In this document: one piece after another, positions 9,863 through 20,320 of the stretch
Position numbering within the stretch: the first letter of the stretch is position 1
Layout: the number at the start of each line of letters is the position of its first letter
From: a virus
Strand: one strand, 5' to 3'
Length of the DNA: 64,000 nucleotides
Virus record (IMG/VR): IMGVR_UViG_3300028800_000073
Location: 15,825-79,824 of that record
Position numbers and translations under genes: made by a program
Notes under the pieces: model-generated
Seen by the model: the letters and a program-made list of their open reading frames with translations, nothing else
Databases searched by the model: none
What the model was told of the DNA's origin: nothing

Positions 9863-10416
9863 TGTGTATTAACAACTAGGGGCTCACCGGGGACGTTGCG
9901 CTCTACAACAAACAAGTCACCTCCGAGTCGTTTAGGGAGAACCATGAGCACAGTCACTGGGGATATCCCATTGAATGGGTCCAGTATCGGTACCGGTTCA
10001 AACCGTAGGACCCACCGCTCGGTCATATCTCGGCGGAACTCAAAGGACTCCAAGTACGATAGACAGAACAATGAATCAGCTTTGGAGATACCTTGAATCG
10101 ACTGAAACCATGGGCCGTACTGCTCCCATGGGGTGACAAACAACTGCTTCGGTGCTAGGTGCGACACCACTGGTACAGGCAAGTTGCGAGCCCAAGAACA
10201 GAGATCAAATAGAGATTTATCCATTCTAAGCTGCATATAAGCAAGACCGGGGATGACCCAACACATTCCTGGGTCCAAGCGGTCAGGCGCCTTGTGATAT
10301 TGCTCGCTGTGCTTTGGGACATTTGTTAATACCCTATCCCCTTGATGTGGCTTCGGCAGTGGATCTTTCTGGAGCAGCTTTGGCGGCTCCTCCATCCACT
10401 TGAGATCTTCTACCAT
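9853..10416 (-). CDS. hypothetical protein
   Basis: 187-aa ORF, AAGGA RBS. Confidence 0.55.
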   Translation of the reverse strand: MVEDLKWMEEPPKLLQKDPLPKPHQGDRVLTNVPKHSEQYHKAPDRLDPGMCWVIPGLAYMQLRMDKSLFDLCSWARNLPVPVVSHLAPKQLFVTPWEQYGPWFQSIQGISKADSLFCLSYLESFEFRRDMTERWVLRFEPVPILDPFNGISPVTVLMVLPKRLGGDLFVVERNVPGEPLVVNTQCT

Positions 10417-11161
10417 GCTGGATCCTTATATATGATGCGTCGCATTGTGTAGAAGTCTTCATACATTCACTACAATCATTGTCAAGTCCCTGTGGGCACT
10501 CAGGTCCTTCTCTGTGAAGCTTATCGTATCGGGTCCTTAACTTGAGGATGCCGACGTTACGCTTCTTCATGTGTTTAGAGATCTGCCACTCCGATATATC
10601 TGTTTGGCCCTCATCACGTTGTGATGGTACAAGTAGCCCCGATATCCTCAGCCCCAGGAAGATCTTGGGCTCATAGGGGTAGTTCATTCTTTTGTTGAAC
10701 CCTATTTGATACGCCAGAAAGCTGAGCCATCCCATAGGGAACTTCCTCGTAATAACGTGCCCAGCCGCTGTCCCAGACAGACACAGGAACGAGAACTGTT
10801 GACCTTTCTCGCTATCCTTCCATATAGCATCTTGAATCGCTACAATCTCCATAGGAACCCATTCCGGGGTTACTATGTTACGGAACACCGGTACTACCCT
10901 AGCCTCTAGCTCCTGTACCCTAGCAGCTATTTGCCGTGACAGCAAATCTGCTGTCTTAATCGTCAGTACCTGGGACTCGTACTGAAGGATCATGGGGTAG
11001 ACGTTTTCGTAGATCTCGAACTTCTCAAATATGTAGTCAGCTCGCCTAGCCAACTGCCGGGCTAGGTCCTTGGAGATAATAGCATTCTCAAAAGGTAGAA
11101 AAGCGCTGAACAAGTCAGCCGACTTCTTTTCTACCTTCTTGAGTTCACGGGCCTCAGACAT
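10334..11161 (-). CDS. hypothetical protein with C-terminal Cys cluster
   Basis: 275 aa; ECP...DCSEC...QC possible Zn site. Confidence 0.6.
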   Translation of the reverse strand: MSEARELKKVEKKSADLFSAFLPFENAIISKDLARQLARRADYIFEKFEIYENVYPMILQYESQVLTIKTADLLSRQIAARVQELEARVVPVFRNIVTPEWVPMEIVAIQDAIWKDSEKGQQFSFLCLSGTAAGHVITRKFPMGWLSFLAYQIGFNKRMNYPYEPKIFLGLRISGLLVPSQRDEGQTDISEWQISKHMKKRNVGILKLRTRYDKLHREGPECPQGLDNDCSECMKTSTQCDASYIRIQHGRRSQVDGGAAKAAPERSTAEATSRG

Positions 11162-11367
11162 TAGGTCTTAACCGCTCTGTTAGGATTCGGCTCTGGCCAA
11201 TCCGCTACAGTGGAGTCGTGGGGTGTAAATGGCTTATCTAGCTTAAGATTATCGACATACACAATTTCACCCATCTGAGTTTGACACTCAGAAACTAGAG
11301 GCCCTTTAGTCAGCATCCGTACTATAAATGGTGCTGGACGATAAAACGCGAATTCGCCTTCTTCCAT
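11161..11367 (-). CDS. small hypothetical protein
   Basis: 68 aa, coupled to neighbours. Confidence 0.5.
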   Translation of the reverse strand: MEEGEFAFYRPAPFIVRMLTKGPLVSECQTQMGEIVYVDNLKLDKPFTPHDSTVADWPEPNPNRAVKT

Positions 11368-12245
11368 TACTCCTCCGACTTAGTTTCGTCTAGTAAGATC
11401 TGGAGCGGCTCAATGACGGCCTGGAGAGCTGACTTGAGATTGGCTACGTGTTCCTTGAAATTCTTCTGTGCCCTATCGCTGTCGAAGCCACGCTTTGTCA
11501 TCTCCTTCAATACGATTAGGACATCAGGCACTTCAGTAATGGCTCGGCTAATCAGCTTCTCCATTGACGCCAGGGTCTTCAGGGGATGCGGTATAGCTAT
11601 GGGCTCAGCACGCTCGACATTGGCTGGCTTAGCCTTCTCCTCGGGCTTCTTAGCCTCTGGGGCTTTAGCCTCTTCTGGGGTACCAGCTACTGGCCCCTCC
11701 CCTCCCTCAACCGGTGGGAACCCTGAGGTAGTCTCAGCCTTGGGGCTAGAGACCTCAGCAATCTTTGTAATAGCCTTATCCCGGGCCTCTTCCTTGATAA
11801 TGCTGTCTAGCTCCCGGGTACTAACAATAGTCCCGTCTTCATGGGCTAGCTTAGCCATAACCTTGGCTCTTAGGCCATCGCTGAGGACGAACAGGGACTT
11901 AGCATGGGTAACGGTGAAACCGTGCTCCGCTAAGGCCATTAGGTCGTCAACATCGCTGTAATCATCATAAATGCTCTTGGCCCAGTAGAGGAACCGCTTG
12001 CCGTCCTTGATATCAACTAGTAAGCCCCTATCAGATAGGTCCTCGGCTAGCTGATCAACGGTGCGCTCTCCATAGGCGTTCCGTGGCACTCCTTCTGTGA
12101 ACTCGTTGAAGAGTTCCCCGATCCCATGGTATCGCTTAAGATTGTCAGCTTCACCACCACGTGCTGTGGCAGCGAACTTGTCTAGAAGGGCCTTATAGGT
12201 TTTGTCGGCTACGCTTAGTGCGGTCATATTCATCCTTATTGGCAA
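11367..12245 (-). CDS. putative DNA-binding protein (DUF1016-N/ParB-helical-like segments)
   Basis: YHGIGE...YGERTVDQLAEDL and GFTVTHAKSL...STREL resemble those families; weak. Confidence 0.4.
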   Translation of the reverse strand: MPIRMNMTALSVADKTYKALLDKFAATARGGEADNLKRYHGIGELFNEFTEGVPRNAYGERTVDQLAEDLSDRGLLVDIKDGKRFLYWAKSIYDDYSDVDDLMALAEHGFTVTHAKSLFVLSDGLRAKVMAKLAHEDGTIVSTRELDSIIKEEARDKAITKIAEVSSPKAETTSGFPPVEGGEGPVAGTPEEAKAPEAKKPEEKAKPANVERAEPIAIPHPLKTLASMEKLISRAITEVPDVLIVLKEMTKRGFDSDRAQKNFKEHVANLKSALQAVIEPLQILLDETKSEE

Positions 12246-12507
12246 ATCCCACTACCCCCTCTGAACCGTTAGCCACAGCGGCATTCAGACAGGCGTCCAG
12301 AAGTAGGGTTAGTGGGGTATCTCCGTTATTCTCTTCACGATTCAGCTCATATACAAGATCTTCTGCTAATCGCTTGGCATCAACTACTTTAAAGAACGGC
12401 TCACCGAAATCGTCTCGACACTCCTGCGGCCAGATCTCTCTGCGCTCCAATGCTTCGCGGCGGATCTCGATAACAATCTTGTTGCCTACTATTTTAGCTA
12501 GACTCAC
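12193..12507 (-). CDS. hypothetical protein
   Basis: 104-aa ORF. Confidence 0.55.
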   Translation of the reverse strand: MSLAKIVGNKIVIEIRREALERREIWPQECRDDFGEPFFKVVDAKRLAEDLVYELNREENNGDTPLTLLLDACLNAAVANGSEGVVGFANKDEYDRTKRSRQNL

Positions 12508-13028
12508 AAGAGCTTGCTTTCGTAGTTGTCACCGAACATATTCTTGAAGTAGTCCTTAAACGGGACTATATGCAGTGTATCGCCTTCAAGGTTCCACTCT
12601 GGGATCCGAATCGATGGGCCGTAGCTATACGGATAACTCGTCATGACAAACCGCCCCATGGCATGATGCTTGAACACCATGATATGGTTTACGGTATCTA
12701 GAGTTTCACCACTGGCTGCTGGGCCGGCGATAAATGCGTCGAGCAAGTCCGATTTGTTGGGGTTCAGCAACAGGTCTTCGAAGTTGTACTTGAAGCACCG
12801 CGTAGTCCAGAGGTAGACGTCGTCGCTACTCAGGATATGCGTGGTGATCCAGTCGGTGCCGAAGGCTGGCCCTAACTCGTCTTCTAAAGCGTTGATCTTC
12901 CCAGTTGGGATCCCTAATTGTTTCAGAATCATCTTCGACGTTGATACATCGAAGTTCTCTAGCTTCTCGGCTTCGGATAGAGATCCGAAAGCCGATGCTA
13001 CTGGGTCGTCCATGTTAGTCCCTATCAT
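12504..13028 (-). CDS. hypothetical protein
   Basis: 174-aa ORF. Confidence 0.55.
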   Translation of the reverse strand: MIGTNMDDPVASAFGSLSEAEKLENFDVSTSKMILKQLGIPTGKINALEDELGPAFGTDWITTHILSSDDVYLWTTRCFKYNFEDLLLNPNKSDLLDAFIAGPAASGETLDTVNHIMVFKHHAMGRFVMTSYPYSYGPSIRIPEWNLEGDTLHIVPFKDYFKNMFGDNYESKLL

Positions 13029-13126
13029 CCTCGGGTTGGGCTTCTAAGCCGTTATCGTAAATGTCGTCTTCGTAATCATCGGGATACACTACTGGAGGCT
13101 TCGGGATTTCGGGAATATCAACGTGA

Positions 13127-14386
13127 TCACTTGGCTTCATCTTCCTCTCCCCCGCCGAGTTCTACGTCGGCTTCTTGGATATCGGGATACTTGAAAATGC
13201 GAAGGAATTTCGTGACCTTCTCCAGAACTTCTGGATTGCTACGAACTGCCTTACCGAACTCCGTCAAGGACACACCCTCAAGGTTCAACTCAGGGCACTT
13301 GACCTCGTTGGTCTTTGGCTGAGTGAATGCTAGAGTGGCTTTCAGACGGTCTCTATCAAATGCGTGGAGCATCTTATCGTTGATCAACATCTCAACGAGT
13401 AGTCTGCCTAGAGCACCATCCCAGTCGTACCACATGAGCTGCTGCATCGTACCGTCTTCCTTCTCGGTGTACTGCCAGAGTACATCGACACCTAATTGAC
13501 GGTGATCCGGACCAAGGCATGATCTCTCGGTCTGGAGCCACAGGGTGTAACCCTCAACTGGTGGACCTTCAACGCGTGCCGCTGGGTGAGTAGCCTTATC
13601 ATAGGCTGAACCCTTACGGACTCTCAAGTGGACGCTACCTTGATACGATGAAATAGCTGCCCCAGACTCCTTATACGCTGGACCACCGTAGCCCGGAGGG
13701 GCGCCTAGGTCTTGTACGAGGTGTTGGACATAACCGATATTGGCAGTTGTGCCAATCAGCCCGGTCCCCTTGAAGAACCGTGTAATCTGAGCTGCTTCAA
13801 CGGGGAATGCTCTGGCGTCAGCAGATCCTTCTTTCTTGATCTTCTCTGCGGTGGCGTCTGAGGATTTACCGTTAAGCGAATCGATAGTAATCAAGATAGG
13901 GATACGCTGGCCCTTGGGGCGATCAGCAACCTTCTTGGCTCTCTTAATAGCAGCGGTAACCATGCTCTGCCATTCCTCGACAGAGTTCGTCTCCTTGAAG
14001 ATACGCCGGGTACCAGCTAGCTTAGCGATTTCTGGATCATAAGCGGTCATGGCATCAAGCATTGACGCTGATGTCTTACCTTCGTTATCCAATGCAATGT
14101 GCATACCACCGGCTCTGAGGTACCAGTTGCCGATGTCCATCAGCAGTGTCGATTTAAACGACTTCGGTAACCCTGAGATGCCGATATGCCGTTGTGATGG
14201 CAATACGTTGATACCACCGACTAGCCATTGAAATGCCAAGTGAGGGATCAATGGACCCCAGGTATGCTCGGCGTGCTCACCTTGGAGATAAGCTTTAGAA
14301 CCGGTTCCTTCTTTGTTTAAGTCACCGATGAGGGACTGCGTGATATCGTCGATATCACTGACTGGAGTAGACTTAGGTCTCGCCAT
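13127..14386 (-). CDS. RecA/UvsX-like recombinase
   Basis: Walker A GISGLPKSFKST, LDNEG, Walker B ITIDSL, ESGA..SY..SVHLRV. Confidence 0.85.
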   Translation of the reverse strand: MARPKSTPVSDIDDITQSLIGDLNKEGTGSKAYLQGEHAEHTWGPLIPHLAFQWLVGGINVLPSQRHIGISGLPKSFKSTLLMDIGNWYLRAGGMHIALDNEGKTSASMLDAMTAYDPEIAKLAGTRRIFKETNSVEEWQSMVTAAIKRAKKVADRPKGQRIPILITIDSLNGKSSDATAEKIKKEGSADARAFPVEAAQITRFFKGTGLIGTTANIGYVQHLVQDLGAPPGYGGPAYKESGAAISSYQGSVHLRVRKGSAYDKATHPAARVEGPPVEGYTLWLQTERSCLGPDHRQLGVDVLWQYTEKEDGTMQQLMWYDWDGALGRLLVEMLINDKMLHAFDRDRLKATLAFTQPKTNEVKCPELNLEGVSLTEFGKAVRSNPEVLEKVTKFLRIFKYPDIQEADVELGGGEEDEAK

Positions 14387-14540
14387 GTTGTTCCTTAGTG
14401 TTTTTGATAAGCAGAAATGTAACTAAAAAGATTGCTGGCCAAATAACTACCCAGGCCATCGCTTGGCCGAATAGAGTTGAATCAGAAACCAGATGCCGTG
14501 TGAATCCTGTAGCCTCGTTAAACGCTTCTTTAGGCGTCAT
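14373..14540 (-). CDS. small membrane protein (55 aa)
   Basis: Own translation MTPKEAF...AMAWVVIWPAIFLVTFLLIK; one TM helix. Confidence 0.45.
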   Translation of the reverse strand: MTPKEAFNEATGFTRHLVSDSTLFGQAMAWVVIWPAIFLVTFLLIKNTKEQHGET

Positions 14541-14569
14541 ATAACCTTTATTAAAAGTGTTTGCGCAAA

Positions 14570-14615
14570 CACAAACACCCCCTCAGGCAATGCGCCTGAG
14601 AGGGCTTGGTGTTTT
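14570..14615 (-). terminator. intrinsic terminator
   Basis: Minus RNA CCCUCUCAGGC-GCAUU-GCCUGAGGGGG (one G-U) followed by UGUUUGUGUUU, just after stop at 14619. Confidence 0.7.
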
Positions 14616-14618
14616 AGC

Positions 14619-15767
14619 TTACAGGTCGCCTAGCAGCTTCTTGTACTGCTCGGTCAGTTCCTCAGCCGTCATGTTCTTCGTATCCTTAGCCGAGGATCCC
14701 GCTGCGGCACTAGCTGCGGCTGCGGCGGCTGCCGGAGCTGGAGCGGGTGCTGGGGCATTCGCCTCAACGTCTTCTGGCTCACCCTCAATCACTGGGGCGC
14801 CAGTATCCTCTAGAGCCAGCTCCTTGCCGCTGACAACCTTTGTCTCAGCTGGCTTCGACGCTGCTGGTGCTGGAGTACTAATTGCACTAGCTACCGCCGC
14901 TGACACTACGGTCGTTGAGCGGATATGCATCGCTACTTCGTCGGGGAACGCGAATTCAACGATATCCCGACCAAACAGCTTAATCGCGATCTGTAGGTTC
15001 TCCGCAGTGGTGTACCGCTTGAACGCAGTCTCCCATGGGGTCCACAGCTTCTTGGCAGTATCCTCAGAAATCGGTAGCTGCTTCCCTAGTTCGACTACAT
15101 ACATCGGAACGTGGCGACCCTGTGACGGATCCTTAGGAAGGCCCTTGATGATAATGCTATAACCTTCCTTAGCTGAGAAGATATCCTTACCTTCTTTAGC
15201 CCACTTCTCAGCTAGTGCAAACAATTGGCCAACTGCCGGCTTGGTCAAGCACAGTGCCTGACGGCTACGGGGCTTGTCAAAGGGCTTGCTATTCAGCGAT
15301 AGCCCGATGCCTTGGATGAAACCATTCTCCGCAGCGCGAGGCAGGTAACTGAAGCTACCGTCACCCTTCGGATTTGGACGCGACAGCAGAAGGTCGTTGA
15401 CCTTAGTCTGAAGCTCCATCGGCACCTTGTTGTTCTTCACCTTGTTCTTGATCCGGATATACATACCGCTCATGATATGCCCAACGGCGTTCATATCAGG
15501 GGTAGCATCGGATGCCTTGCACAAGCCGGAGAACTTCGAGGTATTACCGGCGTTGATGCAGACATCTTCCATGACCAGATTCGATAGGTCAGGACCGCCT
15601 GGGGTCATAGCCTTAACCATTGGTAGGGCTACACCGTCTACGTACTCTGCAATCGGCCGGAATTCAGTAATTGCCGAGGTAGTCGGCTTGAGCACCCCTA
15701 GTGTGCCATCTTTGAAACACTGTTGGTAAAAACCCTTTTTCTCAGTGCTGTTGTTAAAAGTAGTCAT
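14619..15767 (-). CDS. probable single-stranded DNA-binding/recombination accessory protein
   Basis: Position between DNA polymerase and recA, Ala/Pro/acidic flexible tail, own terminator; no direct motif match. Confidence 0.4.
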   Translation of the reverse strand: MTTFNNSTEKKGFYQQCFKDGTLGVLKPTTSAITEFRPIAEYVDGVALPMVKAMTPGGPDLSNLVMEDVCINAGNTSKFSGLCKASDATPDMNAVGHIMSGMYIRIKNKVKNNKVPMELQTKVNDLLLSRPNPKGDGSFSYLPRAAENGFIQGIGLSLNSKPFDKPRSRQALCLTKPAVGQLFALAEKWAKEGKDIFSAKEGYSIIIKGLPKDPSQGRHVPMYVVELGKQLPISEDTAKKLWTPWETAFKRYTTAENLQIAIKLFGRDIVEFAFPDEVAMHIRSTTVVSAAVASAISTPAPAASKPAETKVVSGKELALEDTGAPVIEGEPEDVEANAPAPAPAPAAAAAAASAAAGSSAKDTKNMTAEELTEQYKKLLGDL

Positions 15768-15860
15768 TTTGTTTTCCTTAGTTTAAGGTGGTTAACGTGT
15801 GTCACTACTCACATGAGCAGCGGCACCGGCCACGATACACCATTTCGTACGAAGTCAATA

Positions 15861-18800
15861 CTAAGCTGCCTTCTTTTCCTTCTCACTCCAACGTGTTGCC
15901 ACTTCTATATCTACGTCGAGGTAGTGGTCAGTACCGGGGATCTTGTTCATCAGTGACATGCAGGTACGGATGACTGCCTTGCACTGCTCAACCTGATCTT
16001 CGCGGCACTCAATAAGAAACGCGTCATGAATCGGTAGAATTACCTTGAAATCAAGTGTCTTACCGACTTCAGTCATGTACTTGAATCTGTAGAAGTTCTT
16101 ACCGGCTTGCGCCAGAAGATAGGCCACAAGACCTTGGAGATTCGAGTTCATGGCTTCGCGACGAACCGCTGCCTGATGCTTCTGTGACAGCTTACGGATG
16201 CCTGGGAAATACCTTCTGGCACCGAAGGCATTTTCGAGGTATTCGTGTTCAATAGCGAAAGCCGCATTACCCTGGAGCCAGTCCCAAGCTGTTGGGAACA
16301 TCTTGGAAATCTGGTTGATAAGGGCTATACATTCATCCTTAGTCGTCGGAACACCTTGAGCACCAATCTCGCGGGCAAGCGCTGACGGGCCTCTACCATA
16401 AATCAAACCGAATAGAACAGACTTGGCAACCACACGGAGGTTGTCATGGTTCTTCTTAAAATCAGCGACCCACCTGTCGTACTCATCGCGTTTGCCTTCG
16501 TCGAGTTGCTTCAATAGCCTTGGTAGTACTTCCGCCTCGGGTAGCTTGAAATTGACAGCAGCTACTTCGGAGTGGATATCGCGGTTCTGCGAGATGACCT
16601 TAATAAGGTTAGTATCACCGCTACAGAATGCCCACGATCTGATCTCGGCGTTCTTGAAGTCGACTTCTATGAGTACATAGCCCTTGGGGGCCATAACACA
16701 GGACTTGAACTTCGTCTGATGAATCTGGTCAGCCTTCTCGATACGGTCTGGCCCAGCGTAGGCTGGCTTACCCTTATCGTTTCCATTAAAGGCTCTGCGT
16801 TCATACTCCTTAGCGGTTATACCGAATTTATGGTACACCAGCGCTTCGAATACCGCAGCTTCTTGCTTCTTGACCCATGTCTGAAGATTGGTCTTCTTCG
16901 ACGTATAGCGGCCAGTGGCAGTCAGCTGGGAGAAGTGCGACGTGACTCTACCGTCATTCCTGATGTTCTCAGCGAACCCGTTGCCATCCTTGGGAACACC
17001 GAACTCATTCAAGGTAATAGGCTTAAGACACGACGACAGCATCTTGCCGAGTACACTGATATGACGCAACAGCACTAGAGACTTATTCTCAGGGTCCTCT
17101 TGAGCCAGTGCGACGATGACATCAACTTCAGTCGATGGGGTAGTATAAGCCTGTTGCCCATCAGCTTCTACGAGTTCCCAGGACTTCGGATACTTATCGG
17201 TGTTGTACAATGGCTTACAATTGAATAGCACAGCCTCTGGTGGGCATGACCCCTTGGCTTTATCACGTCCTTTGTAGACATGCCGGTTGAACAGCAAATA
17301 GGCTACATCGTCTTTGGAGGTTGGCTCAAAGCTTGACCAGCTAATTGCTGCCCTGAGCTTGTCCAGAAGTTCCTCGTAGATCGGATGGTACTCCTCACGG
17401 AGTTCCATGCGACGTTCGTCATCAATCAATAGACCGTGTCTCTCAACGTCCAAGAGGTGGAGGCTCGCCCATGTCGTGGTATTGTAATAGAGATGCTTCA
17501 ACTTAGGGAACCGGTCAAGTTCCTTTTCAAGTATCTCAGCGACTTGCCAACTATAATCGGCGTCTCGGAGGCCATAGAGAGTAAGAATTGGCAGTGGTAC
17601 GTCGCGGTAACCGAACTGTAATCGCTTCTTCCGCTGATTAGCGGATAACCACTCCTCTAGTTCTCTCCAATACGCCCCGACCTCTGGAAGGTACTCCCTA
17701 ACAAGGTGGTCTAAGCCATGGCTATCATCACCGTGCATCAGGTAATGCACCAACATGGTGTCGAAGCCATCAGCTATTCTCAAGTCAATGTAGGCACCGT
17801 TTCTGGCGAACTCCTCGGTATCAACACGCATGTGTTGACCACTAATCTGTATCTCTTTAGTGAGAAACAGCTTAGTAAGGGCTATCCAGATGCGCTTCTC
17901 ATCGGCGTCGCTAAGGAACTTGACCCCGCACTTTGGCTCGGGATAGATCGTCTTAGTCTTAGTCTTTCGGACCCCTTCTTTATTGGGTTTCCCATAGGGA
18001 ACCTCAACATCATAGGGCTTCTGCTCTACTTGGTCCCTAAGCTTAATAAACGCAGCCTTGCCCTTACCCCAGGCTAGCTGGACTGAAAGGGTGTAACGAT
18101 ATTCCTCACGGGCTACGTCATTGCCGAACTCCGTATCAAATACAAGCCTCTTAGGCTTCTCAGCGATCAAGCGATCACATAGAGCTTCAACACCATCTGC
18201 GGTGTCTAGTACGAGATACTCTTCCGGCACCGGCTTAGCGACAACGACATCATTAAGCACCCCAACGGCACGCTTCAACTCACTGCGGAAGACCTCGATA
18301 TCGGAGTAACCACTCAAGAAGCCAGCTGGGCTAACTGTAGCGATTACCTTGCACCGGTGGCCATTCTCGAAGTGTGGACTCAAATCTAGGTCCAATACAT
18401 CACCTCTGACACTATCCAATTTGGCTTTAGATCCAAAGAGGTATGGCAGCATCTTGGCGCCACATACAATAACCACTTTGGGCTTACATGCCTGGATGTC
18501 GGCTAGCATATAACCGGAGCTAGCCTTGAGGTGCTGGGACTTCAACGACTTCAGATGCGCCGGTAAAGCGAACCTAGCCCCGTGGGTGACCATGACATCA
18601 TTCAGGTCTACCCCAGCCTTCTCTAGCTCATTCCGCATGAAGGAACCCACCTCAGAGGCTGGGCTCAGGCCGATACCACTTTCGACGTCTTCATAACTGG
18701 GGTTCTGTACAATCACCATAACTGGCATGCCGGTCTTCCAGCCTTGGCGCTGCTCTAGGAAGTCAGCGTATTCATCATCATCAAGTGGTAGCCGTGAACC

Positions 18801-18959
18801 GGACCCCATCCACGTTACTGGTAAGTGAATAGGGTTTCCGGGGCACTCTACCTCGGGTAACGGCAGCGCTTCACGACAGACCTTAGCCAGAAATGCCTCT
18901 GGGGAGAGTTCCGGGAATGCGCTGAGCCGATATTCATTATGTAGCTCAGGCAATTCCAT
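15861..18959 (-). CDS. polA: family A DNA polymerase with N-terminal uracil-DNA-glycosylase-like domain and 3'-5' exonuclease
   Basis: Exo VFDTE / FDTML / YGLRDAD; TATGRYTS..NLQ; motif A EVDFKNAEIR; motif B RVVAKSVLFGLIYG; motif C IHDAF; N-terminal family-4-UDG-like QNPSYED...KPKVVIVCG. Confidence 0.93.
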   Translation of the reverse strand: MELPELHNEYRLSAFPELSPEAFLAKVCREALPLPEVECPGNPIHLPVTWMGSGSRLPLDDDEYADFLEQRQGWKTGMPVMVIVQNPSYEDVESGIGLSPASEVGSFMRNELEKAGVDLNDVMVTHGARFALPAHLKSLKSQHLKASSGYMLADIQACKPKVVIVCGAKMLPYLFGSKAKLDSVRGDVLDLDLSPHFENGHRCKVIATVSPAGFLSGYSDIEVFRSELKRAVGVLNDVVVAKPVPEEYLVLDTADGVEALCDRLIAEKPKRLVFDTEFGNDVAREEYRYTLSVQLAWGKGKAAFIKLRDQVEQKPYDVEVPYGKPNKEGVRKTKTKTIYPEPKCGVKFLSDADEKRIWIALTKLFLTKEIQISGQHMRVDTEEFARNGAYIDLRIADGFDTMLVHYLMHGDDSHGLDHLVREYLPEVGAYWRELEEWLSANQRKKRLQFGYRDVPLPILTLYGLRDADYSWQVAEILEKELDRFPKLKHLYYNTTTWASLHLLDVERHGLLIDDERRMELREEYHPIYEELLDKLRAAISWSSFEPTSKDDVAYLLFNRHVYKGRDKAKGSCPPEAVLFNCKPLYNTDKYPKSWELVEADGQQAYTTPSTEVDVIVALAQEDPENKSLVLLRHISVLGKMLSSCLKPITLNEFGVPKDGNGFAENIRNDGRVTSHFSQLTATGRYTSKKTNLQTWVKKQEAAVFEALVYHKFGITAKEYERRAFNGNDKGKPAYAGPDRIEKADQIHQTKFKSCVMAPKGYVLIEVDFKNAEIRSWAFCSGDTNLIKVISQNRDIHSEVAAVNFKLPEAEVLPRLLKQLDEGKRDEYDRWVADFKKNHDNLRVVAKSVLFGLIYGRGPSALAREIGAQGVPTTKDECIALINQISKMFPTAWDWLQGNAAFAIEHEYLENAFGARRYFPGIRKLSQKHQAAVRREAMNSNLQGLVAYLLAQAGKNFYRFKYMTEVGKTLDFKVILPIHDAFLIECREDQVEQCKAVIRTCMSLMNKIPGTDHYLDVDIEVATRWSEKEKKAA

Positions 18960-20025
18960 GGGAAGCCTCCTGTATCAATTTGTTCATTACGGACATACCG
19001 ACATCGGCGGGGTCCGGCACTTTAATGTCTTCACCGTTATTGTTGCGCCGACCAAGCTCTAGTAGCTCCATTGGCCACCGGATCATACGAGCCGGTATCT
19101 TGAGTCTACTATCAAGCTTTGCTTTGAGCTTCTGCGCAAATACCGTTTGACCACCGCGCTCCCTGGGATCAGGAACAAAGGTCTCGGGATCAGTGGCAAT
19201 AATAGCGCAGGACCACCTGGACGCTATATAGTCCAATTGGAAGTTCGTTATGGTCTTACCGAACAACGCACCGGCATTAGGGCCACAAGCAATAGCTGAT
19301 GGAATACCCTCGGCTATAATAGGTATGCCCATGGGGTCTATTTTGTCACCGTTATAAAACGGCTTAGAATACCCAAGTGGAATGTACCACCGTGGATCGA
19401 TATCCTCTATAGTTCTACCTTGCCACAGAATCAGCTCTCCGCCTTGCGTGACTGGGAATATGACCCTATTCCTGGACCTCGGATGGAGTGGGTCGGATTC
19501 GGCGGTGAAGCCTACGCCGTAGTTCTGAGCTAAGTACTTGGGATCAAAGTTATTGCTGTACTGCTTCTTAATGAACGCCAGAGCCGGGTGATCCGCTGGC
19601 AACGTATCCAGGAGCTGGAAGCCCTTAGGCAGCTCTATGGTACGCGCTTCTGGGATCTCTTTGATCTCAGTAATACGCTCATCAGGTCCTGATATCAGGA
19701 GGCCGACTTTAGCCATCTCTATTTCAGCAATAAGGGGCTGCCAGAACTTCTCTTCTCGAACAGGGCACTCCTCGTTGTAGCAATGCGCCAAATCGGTTCT
19801 GCGCTTTTGCTCCAAAGGGGGCTTCTCTAGCCAGAGATAGGAGATCGATAATCTACCCTTGGTATCGCCACAGAGGGGGCAATCGACGCCGTAGTTCTCA
19901 CCGGCTGAGATGACTTCGTGTCGACCGTCTCTGTGGCGTCTCTCGATACGCTTAGAGTTTTCATTGGTAATGCGCACCTTGCCAAAGCGCGCATGTAGGA
20001 CCTCATAAAGAGGTTTATTCAACAT
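18946..20025 (-). CDS. DNA primase (Zn finger + TOPRIM)
   Basis: CPLCGD...HCYNEEC; NRVIFPV...WQGR; IAEGIPSA; ATDPE. Confidence 0.85.
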   Translation of the reverse strand: MLNKPLYEVLHARFGKVRITNENSKRIERRHRDGRHEVISAGENYGVDCPLCGDTKGRLSISYLWLEKPPLEQKRRTDLAHCYNEECPVREEKFWQPLIAEIEMAKVGLLISGPDERITEIKEIPEARTIELPKGFQLLDTLPADHPALAFIKKQYSNNFDPKYLAQNYGVGFTAESDPLHPRSRNRVIFPVTQGGELILWQGRTIEDIDPRWYIPLGYSKPFYNGDKIDPMGIPIIAEGIPSAIACGPNAGALFGKTITNFQLDYIASRWSCAIIATDPETFVPDPRERGGQTVFAQKLKAKLDSRLKIPARMIRWPMELLELGRRNNNGEDIKVPDPADVGMSVMNKLIQEASHGIA

Positions 20026-20038
20026 ACGCTTTCCTTGG

Positions 20039-20320
20039 TTAGTTGACGACGTCTGAATCTATGGCTATAACAACAATGTCTTCACCGCAATTGTACTGGT
20101 AACAGCCATTGGCTAGGGCTATCTCAATCTCAAATTCTACTCGATCCACATCCTCACTGACTTCCTCCGAAAGCGACCTTTTAACACGTTTAACAAACTC
20201 GTCTTTAGCATCTTGTTCTCTACCATAAATAGTAGTCCCTGTACGACCCGTAGAAGTGTACCGATTGGTGTATATATTAGTGACCAACCAGACTACCTGC
20301 TTCTCAACCATAGTAATCAA
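20039..20320 (-). CDS. small hypothetical protein (paralog of 20317-20592)
   Basis: Shared W.VT...E.DA...F...V...L..EV...Y.YN pattern. Confidence 0.55.
   Translation of the reverse strand: MITMVEKQVVWLVTNIYTNRYTSTGRTGTTIYGREQDAKDEFVKRVKRSLSEEVSEDVDRVEFEIEIALANGCYQYNCGEDIVVIAIDSDVVN

Noticed and set aside
15831-15858. Sigma70 promoter TTGACT...TATCGT upstream of the SSB-like gene
   Set aside because: Spacer is only 15 nt; plausible but not supportable.
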